A stretch of 64,000 nt of DNA from Piedraia hortae CBS 480.64 (GCA_010093745.1 MU005959.1:1-64000), one strand, 5' to 3'. Counted from the stretch's first letter, positions 11,407-24,766 are shown. Made by a program: numbers and translations. The notes: generated by a model from the sequence alone, not told the origin.

Positions 11407-12931
11407 GTATGAGGTCGCCGGTATAAACACAGCTTCCTGATCCTGGGACACTGATTACAATCGCTTCATTTAGCTTTTCCTCGGTTATATACGGGAAGAG
11501 TGGGAGGTAGTATTCCTCCTTCCACCTCCTCTTTACCGCGTCGATTTTATCCTTTGGAACGAGGTGGACGGAGCAACCCCCCCACCCCGCACCCGTTAGT
11601 CGACTCCCATACGCACCTGCCTCTCTCGCAAGTGCACACAATTTATCCAGCTCGGGACACGAGTTCTGGTAGAGATCCCTACACGACGTCTGGGTCTCGT
11701 TCATCAGATCCCCCAGCGCCGCAGGCAGATTCTGCACCCGCTCCGGGTGCGAGAGGAAGTTATAGAATCTTAACACACGCCCTGCCTCCTGGAACACATG
11801 CAACGCACGCTGACGGAGCATAAACCTCTCCGCTCGGATCGGGAATTTGGTCATATACCTCTCTTCAAGCTCCTTCGAAGTTAGACCAAGGATAGACGAG
11901 ATTTCCTCGCGGGAATACCCCGCCTCCTCTTGCGTTAGCAGCTCTCTCACCAACTCCACAAGCTGGTTGAGTTGGGAGGAAAACACATTCTTCTTAACCT
12001 CCTCGTCCTGCGCGAAATAAGCATCGTGGAATCCCCGCAGCGAAACTCCCAGGGGCGAAGCATCCCTCCTCAAACCCTCCTCCAACCCGCTCAGTTTAGC
12101 GAGCACAATCGCCGCGAGGGTTACCTCCACGACGCGGAGGTTATAGCACTCCGGCGCGGAATCGTATTTATCCGCTTGGATATACGTCTGGGCAATGAGG
12201 AAGACGAAGTCGTTCTCAGGAGGGAAGCGGATATTTTCGACTTTGAGGGAGGGGACGAAGGAGACGTACACAGCTTCGTCTTGGATTGGGAAGACGGAGG
12301 CCGCTTGGTCCATTCCCCCCGAATTGACGCCAACTTCGCGTTCCGCGGTCACTGCGGCTTCGACGAGGGATTTTTTGGGGATGTAGGTGATGTTGTTGGC
12401 GTAGAGGACTGCTAACGCGCTCGCGCAGACAAAGGCGGCGCTGGAGGAAAGACCTCCCCCCGAAGGGACGTTTCCGTCAACGAGGATGCTGTGGAGGGGG
12501 AGGGTAGGGTCGCTTTGCGAAGGGAGGAGTTGGGTCGCTCCCCTGAGACCAGCTTTGAAATAGTTTGTCCATTCTAGACTGCTTGAGTCGATGAATTTGA
12601 GGTCTGAGGCGGGGAGGTTGCGGGGGGGGAATTTTGCAGGTTGGGTGCTGGAGATGAGGACTTTGTGGGGGTTTGGTGGGGGTGTGGAGAGTGTGCTGAC
12701 GGCGATTAAGATGTCGGCTTCGGTGGCCATGGGGAGGACAGAGTAGAGACAGTAGTCAATGTGTTCGCCTATCAGGTTTACCCTTCCCGGACTGCGTGAG
12801 ATGCAGGTTGGGGCGCAGCCGTGGGTTTGGATGAATTGGTTGATTAGGTTTTTCCATCGTGAGGTTTGGAATGGGATGGATGGTGATGGGTAGATTTGGG
12901 AGAGGGAGGTGACTATTGGGACTCCTTCCAT
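11399..12931 (-). CDS. GAL1: Galactokinase
   Basis: SPGRVNLIGEHIDY, VPSGGGLSSSAA, GGMDQ and GSRLTGAGWGG GHMP-kinase motifs. Confidence 0.95.
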   Translation of the reverse strand: MEGVPIVTSLSQIYPSPSIPFQTSRWKNLINQFIQTHGCAPTCISRSPGRVNLIGEHIDYCLYSVLPMATEADILIAVSTLSTPPPNPHKVLISSTQPAKFPPRNLPASDLKFIDSSSLEWTNYFKAGLRGATQLLPSQSDPTLPLHSILVDGNVPSGGGLSSSAAFVCASALAVLYANNITYIPKKSLVEAAVTAEREVGVNSGGMDQAASVFPIQDEAVYVSFVPSLKVENIRFPPENDFVFLIAQTYIQADKYDSAPECYNLRVVEVTLAAIVLAKLSGLEEGLRRDASPLGVSLRGFHDAYFAQDEEVKKNVFSSQLNQLVELVRELLTQEEAGYSREEISSILGLTSKELEERYMTKFPIRAERFMLRQRALHVFQEAGRVLRFYNFLSHPERVQNLPAALGDLMNETQTSCRDLYQNSCPELDKLCALAREAGAYGSRLTGAGWGGCSVHLVPKDKIDAVKRRWKEEYYLPLFPYITEEKLNEAIVISVPGSGSCVYTGDLIPT

Positions 12932-13105
12932 CTTGATGATCTTGGCTGGTTGGAGGGGGTGAGAGTGGGGCTTATCCGGGACGAACCGCAAGCAAGGGAT
13001 TGGGTGGAATATTTGACGGGCACTTGTGCGTTGCCAAGGATCAGTGTGCCTGACAGAGGATGTAGGAAGAGAAAGTACGTTGCTCGTGAGTCGTCTATCA
13101 ACCTC

Positions 13106-14460
13106 TCAAATGGCCCAGCCTGTGGCTTTCTTTTGACTTTTGATGTGCGCTGCTGTTGTTCTGCTCCCCAATGGCATGGAGCCAGATTTAAGGGATGGCA
13201 ATGGCTCTGGAAGAGGTTCATCCACCAAGAGTGGCTCGACCTTGTCACCGTCCACGTCTTGTTTGTCTCCGCTTTCGTGGTCGTAGACTCCATCATCGTT
13301 TTCATGTTCGTGTATATATTCCTCCTCATCGCTTCCATGATCATGGACTTCTTCCTTATCCTCGGTCTCTCCCGTGGGCTCAACAAACCGCTCGAGTTGC
13401 TTTGCAAGTTTCTTTGAGAAGCCACTCGCTTCAACTTCTACATCCAGACGTCCTTCCGTTCCAGCTTCGGACATGGTTTCCTTGAAATGAGGCCCAGGGT
13501 CATCGCAGGTGTACTTGAACCTCCTCTCAAAGTACCTCTTGATGCATGCTACATCTCGATCAAAGTACATTTCAGCATTTGCGTGGTTTGTGCTGACTGT
13601 TTGCGGGAAATCGATGACGATAGGGACTTCCTTAATCCTATCAGCAATCTCTTCATCCTTGACAAGAATGTTGAACTCGTTAAAGTCGCCATGGATGAGA
13701 CCTCGTCTTGCCAGTCGAACTATGATGTCCATCAACTCGGCGTAAAGACTTCCTGGATCTGCGACGTGTTCAACCATTCGCAGGGGAAAGGCATCAACAA
13801 ACTCCATGAGAACTGTGTGTCTGTTCCATGCAATCGGCTGGGGAACAGGGAACCCTTCTCGATGAAGTACACGCATGAATGCGTATTCCTTTTGAGCAGC
13901 TAATCGTGAGAGATACATCCACGAGCCTGTACTTCGATTTCGCAGATAATCTCGATTAGCCTTGACTGATCTGAAAGATATCCTGCCCAGTCTGTGCAGC
14001 TTCAGGACAAGCTGCCTGCCGTCCGGAGATGCCGTGATGTAGATGTCAGACTCTTTTCCAACACCTATTTGGTTGCCAAGACTGAATACATTGTTGGCTT
14101 TACGGTGGGAATTCAATGCGAGGTAGTCGATACCTCCGTATGTCAATCGGTAGCCATCATCTTTGGAAGGTCAGCTTCATCTACACTAATTGTTCTAGAC
14201 ACACATTTGGCATTCTTCATCTTTGCAATCAGGCCAACTTTGGCCAAGTTCGAAATACATTTGTGGACCCTTCCTCCGCCTCCCAGGTCTGAAATCTGCT
14301 GGATTAGAGGGGTGGGCACTAATTCGTGGTTCTTGCTGCCTTGTTCGACCTGGCGAGTGTTAGATTGCTACAGAATGCGAAATCAGCAACAACGCACAGC
14401 TTGCAAGACTCTCCAGTCTTCTGCAGTCAAGTACCTAAGAGCCCGTGTATCGAGCTTCAT
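13106..14460 (-). CDS. RIO2: RIO2 atypical kinase (40S biogenesis)
   Basis: MKLDTRALRYLTAEDWRVL; introns 14397-14350 and 14204-14161; GVGKESDIY, LKLHRLGRISF, IHGDFNEFNI and IDFPQ motifs. Confidence 0.95.
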
Positions 14461-14475
14461 TGCTATCTAAACGAC

Positions 14476-14498
14476 TGTGTGTGTGTGTGTATGTGTGT
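14476..14498. repeat. (TG)n microsatellite
   Basis: Near-perfect TG run in the RIO2/RPN1 divergent intergenic region. Confidence 0.8.
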
Positions 14499-14717
14499 TT
14501 GGCAAAGTGCGTCACAAAAATCCGAAATCCGCGCTTGGACCACCAGGTTGACGCGAGTCGTGTCTGACGACACCTTCAACCGTCAGCTCCACCCATCCTT
14601 TGCACGTCTTTCGCGAGTCGTGAGGACATTTTACATCGCTGGCTGAATCTTCCGAGGCTGCATTCTCACATCGCATCTCTTGTTTAGACCGGGCGAACTT
14701 CGGCAGCCGCCCAAACG

Positions 14718-17499
14718 ATGGCAAAAGAGGAGAAGAAGCCCGTTTCTAACGGAGAGGGAAAGTCCAAGGCAAATGATGCTGGCGACAAATCGTCTGCGCC
14801 AAATGGCGATTCTGCGGACGGAAAGAAGGACGCGGAGCTCAATGCGGCGCCCGAGCAGCTCAGCGAGGAGGATCAGAAGCTCAAGGACGAGCTGGAGTTG
14901 CAGGTTGATCGCATTAAGGGAACCGATCAATCGCTGTACCTTCCAGCTATAGACGCCATCAGGACCAGCATCAAGACAGCGACCAGCTCCATGACGGCGG
15001 TGCCGAAGCCGCTTAAGTTCCTTAAGCCACACTACGAGTCGCTCTGCGATTTGTTTTGGGCATGGCCGGAGAGCAAGGAGAGAGATGAACTCGCCGACGT
15101 ACTTTCGGTGCTGGGAATGATGGCTTGGAACAGCCTAGGCCGACGCGATACCCTCCGGTACCGCATGGAGTCGATGGACGCTGATCTGGACTCGTGGGGC
15201 CATGAATACATGCGCCATCTTGCTCTAGAGATTGGCGAAGAGATCCAGGACGATGTGATTGATGATGCCGGCGTCGACAAGCTTACGCAGCTGACCCGCC
15301 AGCTGGCAGATTACTTCCTCGCCCACAATGCAGAGGCCGACGCGGTCGACATCATGATAGAGATGGACGTGGCAGACGAGATTCCAAACCATGTCGACGA
15401 GAACACCTATGCGCGCGTGTGCTTGTATCTGGTCTCACTCGTACCGCTTTTGACGTATCCCGACAACGAGCGCATCCTTCGCATTGCCCACATGATCTAC
15501 CGGAAGCACAATCAACTAACGCAGGCCATGACGCTAGCCATCCGTCTGAACGATCTGCCACTGATCCGATCTAATCTCGCAGCCACGTCGGACAAGTCGC
15601 TGAAGCGGCAGATGGGCTTCATGATTGGACGTCAGCGCATCAACCCCAACTTCGAGGAAGGCAATGAGGATGCCCAGGATGAAGTGCTGATGCGGTGTAT
15701 CAACAATGAAATGGTGTGGGACATGTTTAATGAGCTAGCCAAGGAGCTCGATCTCCGTGAGCCCCGGACACCCGAAGACATCTACAAATCCCACCTCGAG
15801 TCCTCCAGGACTGCCGGACTCACCAACGTTGACTCTGCACGGCACAACCTGGCCTCGGCCTTGGTCAACGGCTTTATCAACGCCGGCTTCGGCACTGACA
15901 CAATGATGCTGGTCGACAGCCCTTACAAGAGCTGGGTGTTCAAGGTCAAAGAGGACGACCAGCTAACCACGGCTGCCTCTCTGGGCCTGATAATGTTGTG
16001 GGATGGCGAATGGGGCTTTGATAAAATTGACCCTTTCACCTACCTCAAGGACGACCAGGTCAAGGCCGGTGTTGCGTTGGCACAAGGCATCATGACTAGT
16101 GGTGTAACGCCCAACGGGGATCCAACCGTGGCATTTCTGGGTGACACGGAAGGAAAGTCTCCGGCCCATGTATTCGCCTCGGTCATGGGCCTTGGCTTGG
16201 CATTTGCCGGATCACACATGGGAGAAATCCAAGAGCTACTCTCGCCCATGGTCACGGATACCAGCCTGCCCATGCAGACGTCTGCCATAGCTGCTCTATC
16301 CTTGGGCTTAAATTCTGTTGGCTCGGCCAACACGGACATGTCAGAGTCCATCATCCATACCCTTCTCGACGAGGAGCGGGCTAGTCAGCTAAAGGACAAG
16401 TGGACGCGCTTCATGACTCTTGCCCTGGCGCTGTTGTATTTTGGTCAGCAAGAAGAAGTAGACGTTGTCATTGAGGCCTTGAGGGCCATTGATCATCCAA
16501 TGGCGAAGCCTGCCTCGGTGCTGGCTGATATCTGTGCATGGGCTGGCACTGGTGCTGTCCTGAAAATTCAGCAGCTGCTTCACATTTGCAACGAGCATAT
16601 TGAAGACAAGGATAAGGAAGACGAGGAAGGTGAGAAGAAGGTAAGATTTAGTTCTCGTTTATGCCGATAGTCTGCTAATCCATGCGCAGGATGTGTCGGG
16701 AGATCAGTTAGTACAGGCCTATGCAGTGCTTGGCATCGGGCTTGTCGCCATGGGCGAAGAAATCGGGCAGGACATGGTCCTCCGGCACTTTGCTCATCTC
16801 ATGCACTACGGAGAAGCCAACATTCGCAAAGCCGTGCCTCTTGCTATGGGCCTCATCTCCGCTTCAAATCCCCAAATGAAGATCTACGATACCCTTTCAC
16901 GATATTCGCATGATAACGACATCGATGTCGCCACCAACTCCATTTTCGCCATGGGAATGCTTGGCGCTGGAACAAATAATGCCCGTTTGGCCCAGCTACT
17001 TCGCCAACTAGCATCTTACTATCATCGTGACCCCAATGCCCTTTTCATGGTGCGAATCGCCCAGGGGCTGGTGCACATGGGCAAGGGCACAATGACCATC
17101 AATCCATTCCACACCGACCGCTCTGTCATGTCCCCCGTGGCCGCTGCTGGGCTCTTGACCGTCGCAGTTGCCCTCATCGATAACCCCAAGGCATTCATCC
17201 TGGGTGACCACCCCTATCTGATCTACTACCTTGCCACAGCCATGCAGCCACGCTTCTTGATCACTCTTGACGAGGATCTGAAGCCAGTCAAAGTCAACGT
17301 TCGTATCGGCCAGGCCGTGGATGTAGTTGGCCAGGCCGGTCGTCCAAAAACAATCACTGGATGGCAAACACAGGCCACGCCTGTCTTGCTCGGATATGGC
17401 GAGAGGGCTGAACTGGAGGACGAAGAGTGGATATGTCTCGCAAACGTGATGGAGGGCATCACTATCTTGCGCAAGAATCCCGATTGGCAAAAGTCGTAA
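14718..17499 (+). CDS. RPN1: 26S proteasome regulatory subunit Rpn1
   Basis: [19 protein letters not shown] repeats, and [21 protein letters not shown]. Intron 16641-16689 joins the two ORFs in frame. Confidence 0.96.
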
Positions 17500-19291
17500 T
17501 GGAAGAGTATGGTTAATTGAATGCGGATAGACTGCACTGTACTATAAAATGTCATACTTTTGTGTGCCAAGTATTCTCCAATCTGTTCACAATCAAACCG
17601 TCAATGATTAAGCACACTTTGGCCGGTGCCAATTAGTGTTTGCCATATCATCTTATGGAGGCTAAGATGCGAGAATATGTAAGCACTGCTAACAAGTCTT
17701 TGGTCCACCAGCAACGACGCCTTCTTGTTACGTAAAACTCGTGACGTGCTTTCACCTCTCACTCCCTACATGTCTAACCACGTGGTCGTCGAGGTCTAGA
17801 ACACGCCCTCGGCTGATGGGTGCGTGGTAGTCTGTGGGAAACTTTGCATACAACCCTGATAAGAATGTCGGAGGCATCATCATACAGGATACTGCAGATT
17901 TCTGAACGTAAAAAAGTTCAAGACGACACGAAAAAAAAGTATGCAGCATCCGAGAAGGGCTATTACGCCTTTGGGGCTGTTTTGTCTTGATGAGAGTGGG
18001 GACGAATTGACATGCTGAAGTATTATCTCAGCATCACTTGACCAACTATAGCTTTCCCATGATGGGACAATACGCAGCAACGAATAGTTACGAGTCAAGG
18101 GTAAAGACATGCATCTTCACGTTGACTGGTTGAGCCGGGGGAAAGATATCTCCGCCAAGCCCAACGCATGTGCATGAAAATCCACCGCTCCAAAGCTAGG
18201 CGGCAAAAGAAGGCAACTCGTTCTCCGCAAAACGGTTGCACATGCGCCATAATCTACTGTCAACCAATTTTAGCGCTGGGCGCGGGCACTCTACCCTGGA
18301 GCGGCAAATCTTTGGGACGTGATCCTACTGCAACAATTCTCACGTGGGTGCGCATTGAATATTCCCATCTTTATGAGGACCATGCCCATTGGACGGGACG
18401 CGGGTCTGCAAGAGCACTTTTACCTTTCCGCGTTCAGATCACCAGGGGTGTGGGGGCTGGGCGGCTACAAAGTCTGGTTTCTACCGACCTATTCCTTAAA
18501 CGTCCAAAAGTTGACGCACCTTTAACGCCATCATATCCCGACACACCGGATCGGCCTCAGCTGCCGGCCAATCATCCGACTGCAATTAAAAATGGCCGGC
18601 CATGGTCTGGTCGATTCGCTAATGCAACCTGCACTGGTGGGACGGCAGACGGTCCACGTCCATCAGTCTATCAATTCAGGCACATTTTGAAAGGATTTGA
18701 TCGTCCAAGCTGTTGGATCAAGCAGACGGGAGGCTGCAGATCAGCAGCCTCAACCCTTGTACAGCCATAGCCAACCAATTGAAACATTACGAATGATAGG
18801 CATTCATCGGGCCTCTTTTCGCCGAGCACTAGATGCACAGAGCTGGCACATGACCTAAAATACCCAAGCTCAAAATCATCGTGGAAAAACAACAAGAGAC
18901 TCGGTCACTACTGCGGGCTATCCACACTACGCTGACTTACGCCGTCTGAGAAAGCGTTGAGTGGCGTTGCAGCAAGGCTCTGGTTCTCGCAGGAATAACA
19001 GAATCCCCACGGCAGTGCTGTCAAGGGGTATCATTTGTTGGTGATTAAATCATCCCTGCAGGTCCACCTTCACGCCTCCTCAGCTTGATGCACCCTGAAC
19101 GTCCCATTCGTTCGAGCGCGGATGCATCCGACGTGGTTGGGTCTTCTTTTACTTGACAGGGATTGCTTGAATGTCCCGCTGCCCAAAGTCGCTATGGGCG
19201 CGTAGCAGACCTTCAAGTAGGACTGATTTCTCTCCCCCCCTCCCCCAGATGTCACCTGCCGAGTCTGCACTGTGTATCCTCGACTCTCAGT

Positions 19292-20521
19292 ATGCAGTCG
19301 AACGGCAGCCGGTGCTGGGACGCCCCATCGTCGAGCATGCAGTGGATTGGAAATTGCTCTGAGGCCGGTTCATCCGGCAGCCAGTCGGGGGCACCCTTCA
19401 TAGACCCCTTGGTCTGCCCTTTCACATTCATGGACCCAGCGGCCATGTGGTGGCCGGTTCCCTCTCCCCGTCTGGCCGGCGACAGCAGCAACCTCTGCGG
19501 CCTGAAGCCGCCCGGAGCCGACTTCGCTGCCCTGAGTAATATCCATTTACTCAGCGACTTCCCCTTGGAGCCTTTCCTGCCTTCGTCGGCAGGCGTCCTC
19601 TGGCCGCCGGGCAACGCCAGCCCAATGTCATTCAACGACATGCCCACGCCGCCGTCTTCGACCTGCGAGATATCAGCCTCTGCTTCTCCGCAGCCACCAC
19701 CCTCTCGCGTCACCACCTCCGCCTGGCAGCACGGCGAGGCCTCTCTCGTCCCCGCCCCTTCCCTCTCGTCTTCCACCTCTGTCCCTGTCCCCACCCCACC
19801 ACCAGCAGTAGCATCAGTGGGTCCGGGCAGGCCACGAAAGCGGCCCAGCACAGCGCACACGTGCGCATGCTGCAGCAAGACCTTCCGATGCAGCACGAAC
19901 GTGGTCCAGCACATGCAGACGCACCGCCCCTCGCGCGCCCTGCCGTATGCTTGCGACTTTGACTCGTGCGAGCGCTGTTTTGGTCGTCGGACAGATCTCG
20001 TCCGTCATGAGGTTAGCGTAAGTTTTTTCTGTCCTGAAAACATGAGGCGGGGAGGGATTGTATACAAGTGTATGCCCAAGAGAAACTCCAGGTGTAAGCT
20101 TCAGGGGAAACATCAAGTGTGAACACCATTGTGTACCCAGGTGTATACCCGAGTGTAATCCCCAATATACCCCCTTGGAAAGGGACCTGAGGGAAATACC
20201 AGGGGGAAAGCCACCCAGTGTATACCTATGGAAAACCACCAGAGAAGCCCCAAATGCATCCCCAATATATCCCCAAGCCTAAACCCACCACAAAAAAACC
20301 CCCAAGAAGCAACCCCACTAACAGTATTCAAGGTCCACCTCAAGAAAAAAGACCACAGTTGCGACCTCTGCGGCAGCCGGTTCGCGAGGAAAGATACGCT
20401 CTTGCGGTGAGTTTTTTTTTTTTTGCTGTTCTTTTGGAAAATTGGGCTGATGGTGATGCATAGACATGTTGCCGATGGATGTCCTCGAAGGTTGCAGGTT
20501 AAGAGGAGGGCTGTTGGGTAA
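19292..20521 (+). CDS. C2H2 zinc-finger transcription factor (three fingers)
   Basis: CACCSKTFRCSTNVVQHMQTH, CDFDSCERCFGRRTDLVRHEVSVH, CDLCGSRFARKDTLLRH..C. Introns 20018-20332 and 20407-20463. Start codon is uncertain. Confidence 0.8.
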
Positions 20522-20824
20522 GATTTACCCGGGGAGGGTGGGACACCCTGGGGGTCCTTCCTGGGGGGTTCTTCCTGGGGAGTTCTTCCTGGGAAGTTCA
20601 CTCTGAGGGAGGGCAACCGGGATGGCGGGTGATAGATATTTTCTTTCGTTGTATTGTGGGGGTGTCGCTCTTTGGTGGGTGCGGATTGGTGTGGGCGTGT
20701 GCGTGCGTGATTGAGGCGGTGTGTGTGTGGTTCCTTTCTTTTGCGTGTTGTGGGGGGCTGTCTTTTGCTGGGGATGTAATCACGTATGATGATTTTCTTT
20801 CGGGAGGTGGAAAATGTTGAGAGA

Positions 20825-21190
20825 GTTGGACATGTTCTGAAGTTGATGGAGTTGATTTATCCCTGAGGCTGGGCAGGTGATCAACCTGGTGGATTTCGCA
20901 GCCTTAACTTCGTGGTTGGATGTTCAGCTCACGGTTGGATGCACAGCAACAAAACTCCAACTTCGCGATCGGTCACAGATCGGGCATTGTTACGGAACTC
21001 AGGCTACGCCATTGGACAGCCCCTGGAGGTGAGGGGTTGGACATGCCCTGGAGTTGAACATCTCTTCAACTTGGCAGTTGGACCCACTGGACTCGGTGGA
21101 ATGGGACACACCCTAAAGTGGATGGAGTTGCACATCTCCTGGAGTTGACGAGGTTGAACACATCCTGAAGTTGATGGAGTTGGATACCTC
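20825..21190. repeat. Degenerate 26-nt repeat, tandem and dispersed
   Basis: Consensus approx. GTTGRACAYNYCCTGRAGTTGATGGA at 20825, 21036, 21101, 21127 and 21153. Confidence 0.65.
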
Positions 21191-22394
21191 AACACAACTC
21201 AACTTCGCAGTCCTATGAACAATTAAGAGGGCCCGGGGTTGCGTTTATAGTATATACTCTGATATCCTGTTTTGACTTTGCTATCCCTCTCCTTTCGGGA
21301 TTGTTTCGTTTGGGAGTTGACAGGGTGCATATGCAAGAGAGAGGCACGGCATCTGGTTTGGTTGGGAGAGATGTAACCATCCATAGAAATAATCCCTTTC
21401 CAATGGTAGCCCTGCTTTCTTGCAGAAACCTCCTACTTTAGCCTGTGCCTTTGTCAAGTGAGCCTTGTGTAACCCAACCTTTCTGTCCATACCCTATTTA
21501 CACCAACAACACCGAGAAATCCCCAAACCTGCTCAATAGGCCAGGCACCTTTTTAAACTCAACCATGATTGTAAATGCAAATTCGCCTTTTGCACAGACC
21601 CGTGCACTTTGCCTAAATTACTGGAGACCTCAATGCAAGTCCTTTTTGGGACTCTACTGCAGGGCCGAACTGTTACCCGAAAGATGATCTGCATTGCCAT
21701 CCGGGTTGCGGTATCCGGACGCTTAAATGCAACTACATAGCCATCAGCGAGACAAGACTTTGTTTGGGACTGAGTTCGAATTTTTCACAATACCGTTGGT
21801 CTCCATGTTTGGTGAGGGTTCTTCACATGGCTATAATTTCGATGGGTGTATGTAGTGCAGGTGATTCAGTTGACGAGGAGGTGTAAGTACCTTTAGCGCT
21901 GTGGCCAGTCAAGAGGGATACGTGACGCTTTTGGTGGTTGGTCTGAAATGACGATTAGTGGAATAACGAGAAGTGAAATCAACGTAGAATTGTTCTGGGT
22001 TGGCTCTGACCCTCCAATGTGGGTGATTTCACGGGTAGAAAGGAAGGAACTACGTAGAGTCCGAATTTCTATACGGCATGCTCCTTAACCAGAAAAGATC
22101 TGTACTTTTTCGTCTGAAAGAACTGATTCCATTTTCTACAGAACGGATTGTCTTTTCAAGAAGTGCTCGTTTCAATCTACTTACCTGCATGGTACCATGT
22201 TATTATCCGGTGAGAAATATCTTGCAGATGAGAAAAAATTTTCAACCTGTGATTCCTGCGTGGATCACATGGAGAAATAGCACTGGACCCACTCAATTAC
22301 CTAAGCCGTCGTACAACTTGCCCCACCAGACGTCACCATGATATCACCACCAGATCTGCCCTACAACCTACATTCAAGAAACTACTCAGACAAC

Positions 22395-23348
22395 ATGAAC
22401 GCCGAAACACTTCGCAAGGGAATGGCCAACGGCCTGACTGAGCAAACACAATTGACAAAACCGTCAGAAGTGATTGCATTGGCCACCCACTCTGTCTTCA
22501 CCACTCAGGGCTTCTGGCTGGTTGCAGATGGACGTCAAAGGTCACCATACTCTTTGCCGGCAGGATGGAATAGTGGAGACTATTACACATTCCGCTACCG
22601 TCACTCTGACACCGAGCAAGACGTGAATGTTGAGATCAAGGCGTCAGGAACCACAGTGACTATCAGCGGACATTCAAACCTAGAGATTAAAGTCGCAGAT
22701 TACATCTTTAAGGATAGTCTCCCGGCTAAGACCACTTCTTTGGACAAAGTAATTGCCGATAACAAACTTCAGGAGCTCGGCTCGCTCATACGTGACAAAT
22801 TGATTCGCAAGGCATTGTCGGGTAAAGAGGATGATAATGTACAGCAGCGGAGAGACCAAGTGGCGGGAGTCATGTTCGGTCAAGACGAACGGGGGCCTAC
22901 TCATCCACATCCGGGTGAGGAGCCGGATAAACCGGCCAAACCTCATCCATTGACAGACCCGCTTGCTCACCCACAACAGCCACGTCGAGGACCGCTGCCT
23001 GAGCCAATCCCAGGATTCGAAGATGAACACGAGCTGCAACGCGGACCACGTCCCCCTTTTTCCCACCAGCCACCATCAATCGGGGAGAGGGATTTGTATC
23101 CGCAGGGATTAGGTCCCAATGATCCGTTCCGTGGACCGTCAGGTCTTGGTCCAATGGGCGGTGGAGGAATGCATCCAACCTTTGACGATCCCTTATTCGG
23201 AGGACGTGGTGGAATGAGACAAGGCTATGATCCTCAGCATCCACCTGGTAGTCGGTTTGATGATCCGGGTCCGAACTTTGGTCATGGAGGAATGGGAGGC
23301 CGGCCGCCTAATCCATTCGGTGGATTCGGGTCCGACGACTTTATCTGA
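22395..23348 (+). CDS. Proteasome inhibitor PI31 family protein
   Basis: FP-like N-terminus (LPAGWN..YTFRYRH) and Pro/Gly-rich tail IGERDLYP..GGMHPTFDDPLF..PPGSRFD. Confidence 0.85.
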   Translation: MNAETLRKGMANGLTEQTQLTKPSEVIALATHSVFTTQGFWLVADGRQRSPYSLPAGWNSGDYYTFRYRHSDTEQDVNVEIKASGTTVTISGHSNLEIKVADYIFKDSLPAKTTSLDKVIADNKLQELGSLIRDKLIRKALSGKEDDNVQQRRDQVAGVMFGQDERGPTHPHPGEEPDKPAKPHPLTDPLAHPQQPRRGPLPEPIPGFEDEHELQRGPRPPFSHQPPSIGERDLYPQGLGPNDPFRGPSGLGPMGGGGMHPTFDDPLFGGRGGMRQGYDPQHPPGSRFDDPGPNFGHGGMGGRPPNPFGGFGSDDFI

Positions 23349-23481
23349 TCCTGTAACAAATAACATCATGTAACGTCTATAATAACCACTACACCTCCCC
23401 ATGACGTCGTCCTCCTCCAACGCCGCAATCACGAAGCCTTTTCTACCCTTAAGCGCGCTCCGCGGAGCGAGACCACTAACA

Positions 23482-24766
23482 ATGACTTCGCCCCTTGTGA
23501 GCAACTTCAAGCTGGTCGAGCAATCCTACCCACAAGCCAAAGACGCAGACAACACCGCCGTAAAACTATCCTCAGCAATTTTTCCTAACACAGACGTACG
23601 TCCTCTCCATCCTTATAAAAATCCGCTAACAGCCGCAGTACAACCCACAAGATGTCTCCGAGATGGAGAAATTCATCACGACAGCGCATCACATCGCCGC
23701 TCCGTCGGAGGATAAGTTGAAGACGGAGGAGAGGCTTTCGCAGCTGAACACGCATCTCTCTACTCGGACGACTCTTCTGGGCACGAAGCCGAGCATCGCT
23801 GACGTTGCTCTTTACGAGCGTCTCGCGCCGGTAGCAAAAGGGTGGACGGACGAGGAGAAGACGGGTGAGAAGGGACTGCATAATGTAGTTCGATGGTTGG
23901 ACTTCGTCCAGTCCGCACCCCTGTTTGGTTTGAGAGTGAATGAGGATGAGAAAGTCCCTGTCGATCCTGAGAGGGTGGTAGCCTACATCAAGCCGGTTAA
24001 TCAGAAAGCGGAGAAGGAGCGGAAGAAGATGGAAAAGGAAAAGGAAAAGGAAAAGGCCATGGCGGGGGGAGCGACGGCTGCCGCTGGAGGTGCTGCTGCC
24101 GCTGCTGCCGGTGCAGCCACAAACAAGCCTGACTCCAAACCCAAGGAGAAAAAACCCAAACCCCCCAAGCCCTCCCCCGCCGCAGAACGTCCTCTCTCCC
24201 CCGCCCTAATCGACCTCCGGGTAGGCCACATCCTCAAAGCAGTCCGCCACCCCGACGCGGATTCTTTATATGTAAGCACCATCGCCTGCGGCGACGCACC
24301 CGGCACGCCCCACACGTCCGAGTACGAAGGGCAGATTGTACGAACCGTCTGCTCTGGCCTTAACGGCCTCGTTCCTTTGGAAGAAATGCAAAACAGAAAA
24401 ATCGTGGCGGTATGTAATCTCAAACCGGTCAAGATGAGGGGGGTGGTGTCGGCCGCCATGGTTTTGGCTGCTTCGCCGAGAGGGGAGGATGAGAAGGTCG
24501 TGGAGTTGGTTATTCCTCCGGAGGACGCACCTGCCGGGGAGAAGGTTTTTTTTGAGGGGTGGGAGGGCAAGCCTGAGGCTCAGCTTAATCCGAAGAAGAA
24601 GGTTTGGGAGAGCTGTCAGGTGGGGTTCACGACGACGGAGGAGAGGGTTGTGGGCTTTGAGACTCAGGCAGTGGAGGGGATTGAAGGGGGGAGGGGAGTT
24701 GCGGAACTGAGGACGAAGCAGGGGGTTTGTAGGGTGAAGAGTTTGGTGGGGGCTAGTGTTAGATAG
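23482..24766 (+). CDS. ARC1: tRNA-aminoacylation cofactor Arc1 (GST-like plus tRNA-binding OB domain)
   Basis: Intron 23596-23638; SIADVALY..VVRWLDFVQ; IDLRVGHI..HPDADSLY..RTVCSGL..CNLKPVKMRG. Confidence 0.9.

Noticed and set aside
14497..14506. TTTGGCAAA as an Rpn4/PACE site for RPN1
   Set aside because: Mismatches the GGTGGCAAA core.
20825..21190. Repeats as a CRISPR array
   Set aside because: Eukaryotic context, degenerate copies, no regular unique spacers, no cas genes.
22178..22187. TACTTACCTG resembling the U1 snRNA 5' end
   Set aside because: No convincing U1 stem-loops or Sm site downstream; equally a chance minus-strand donor consensus.
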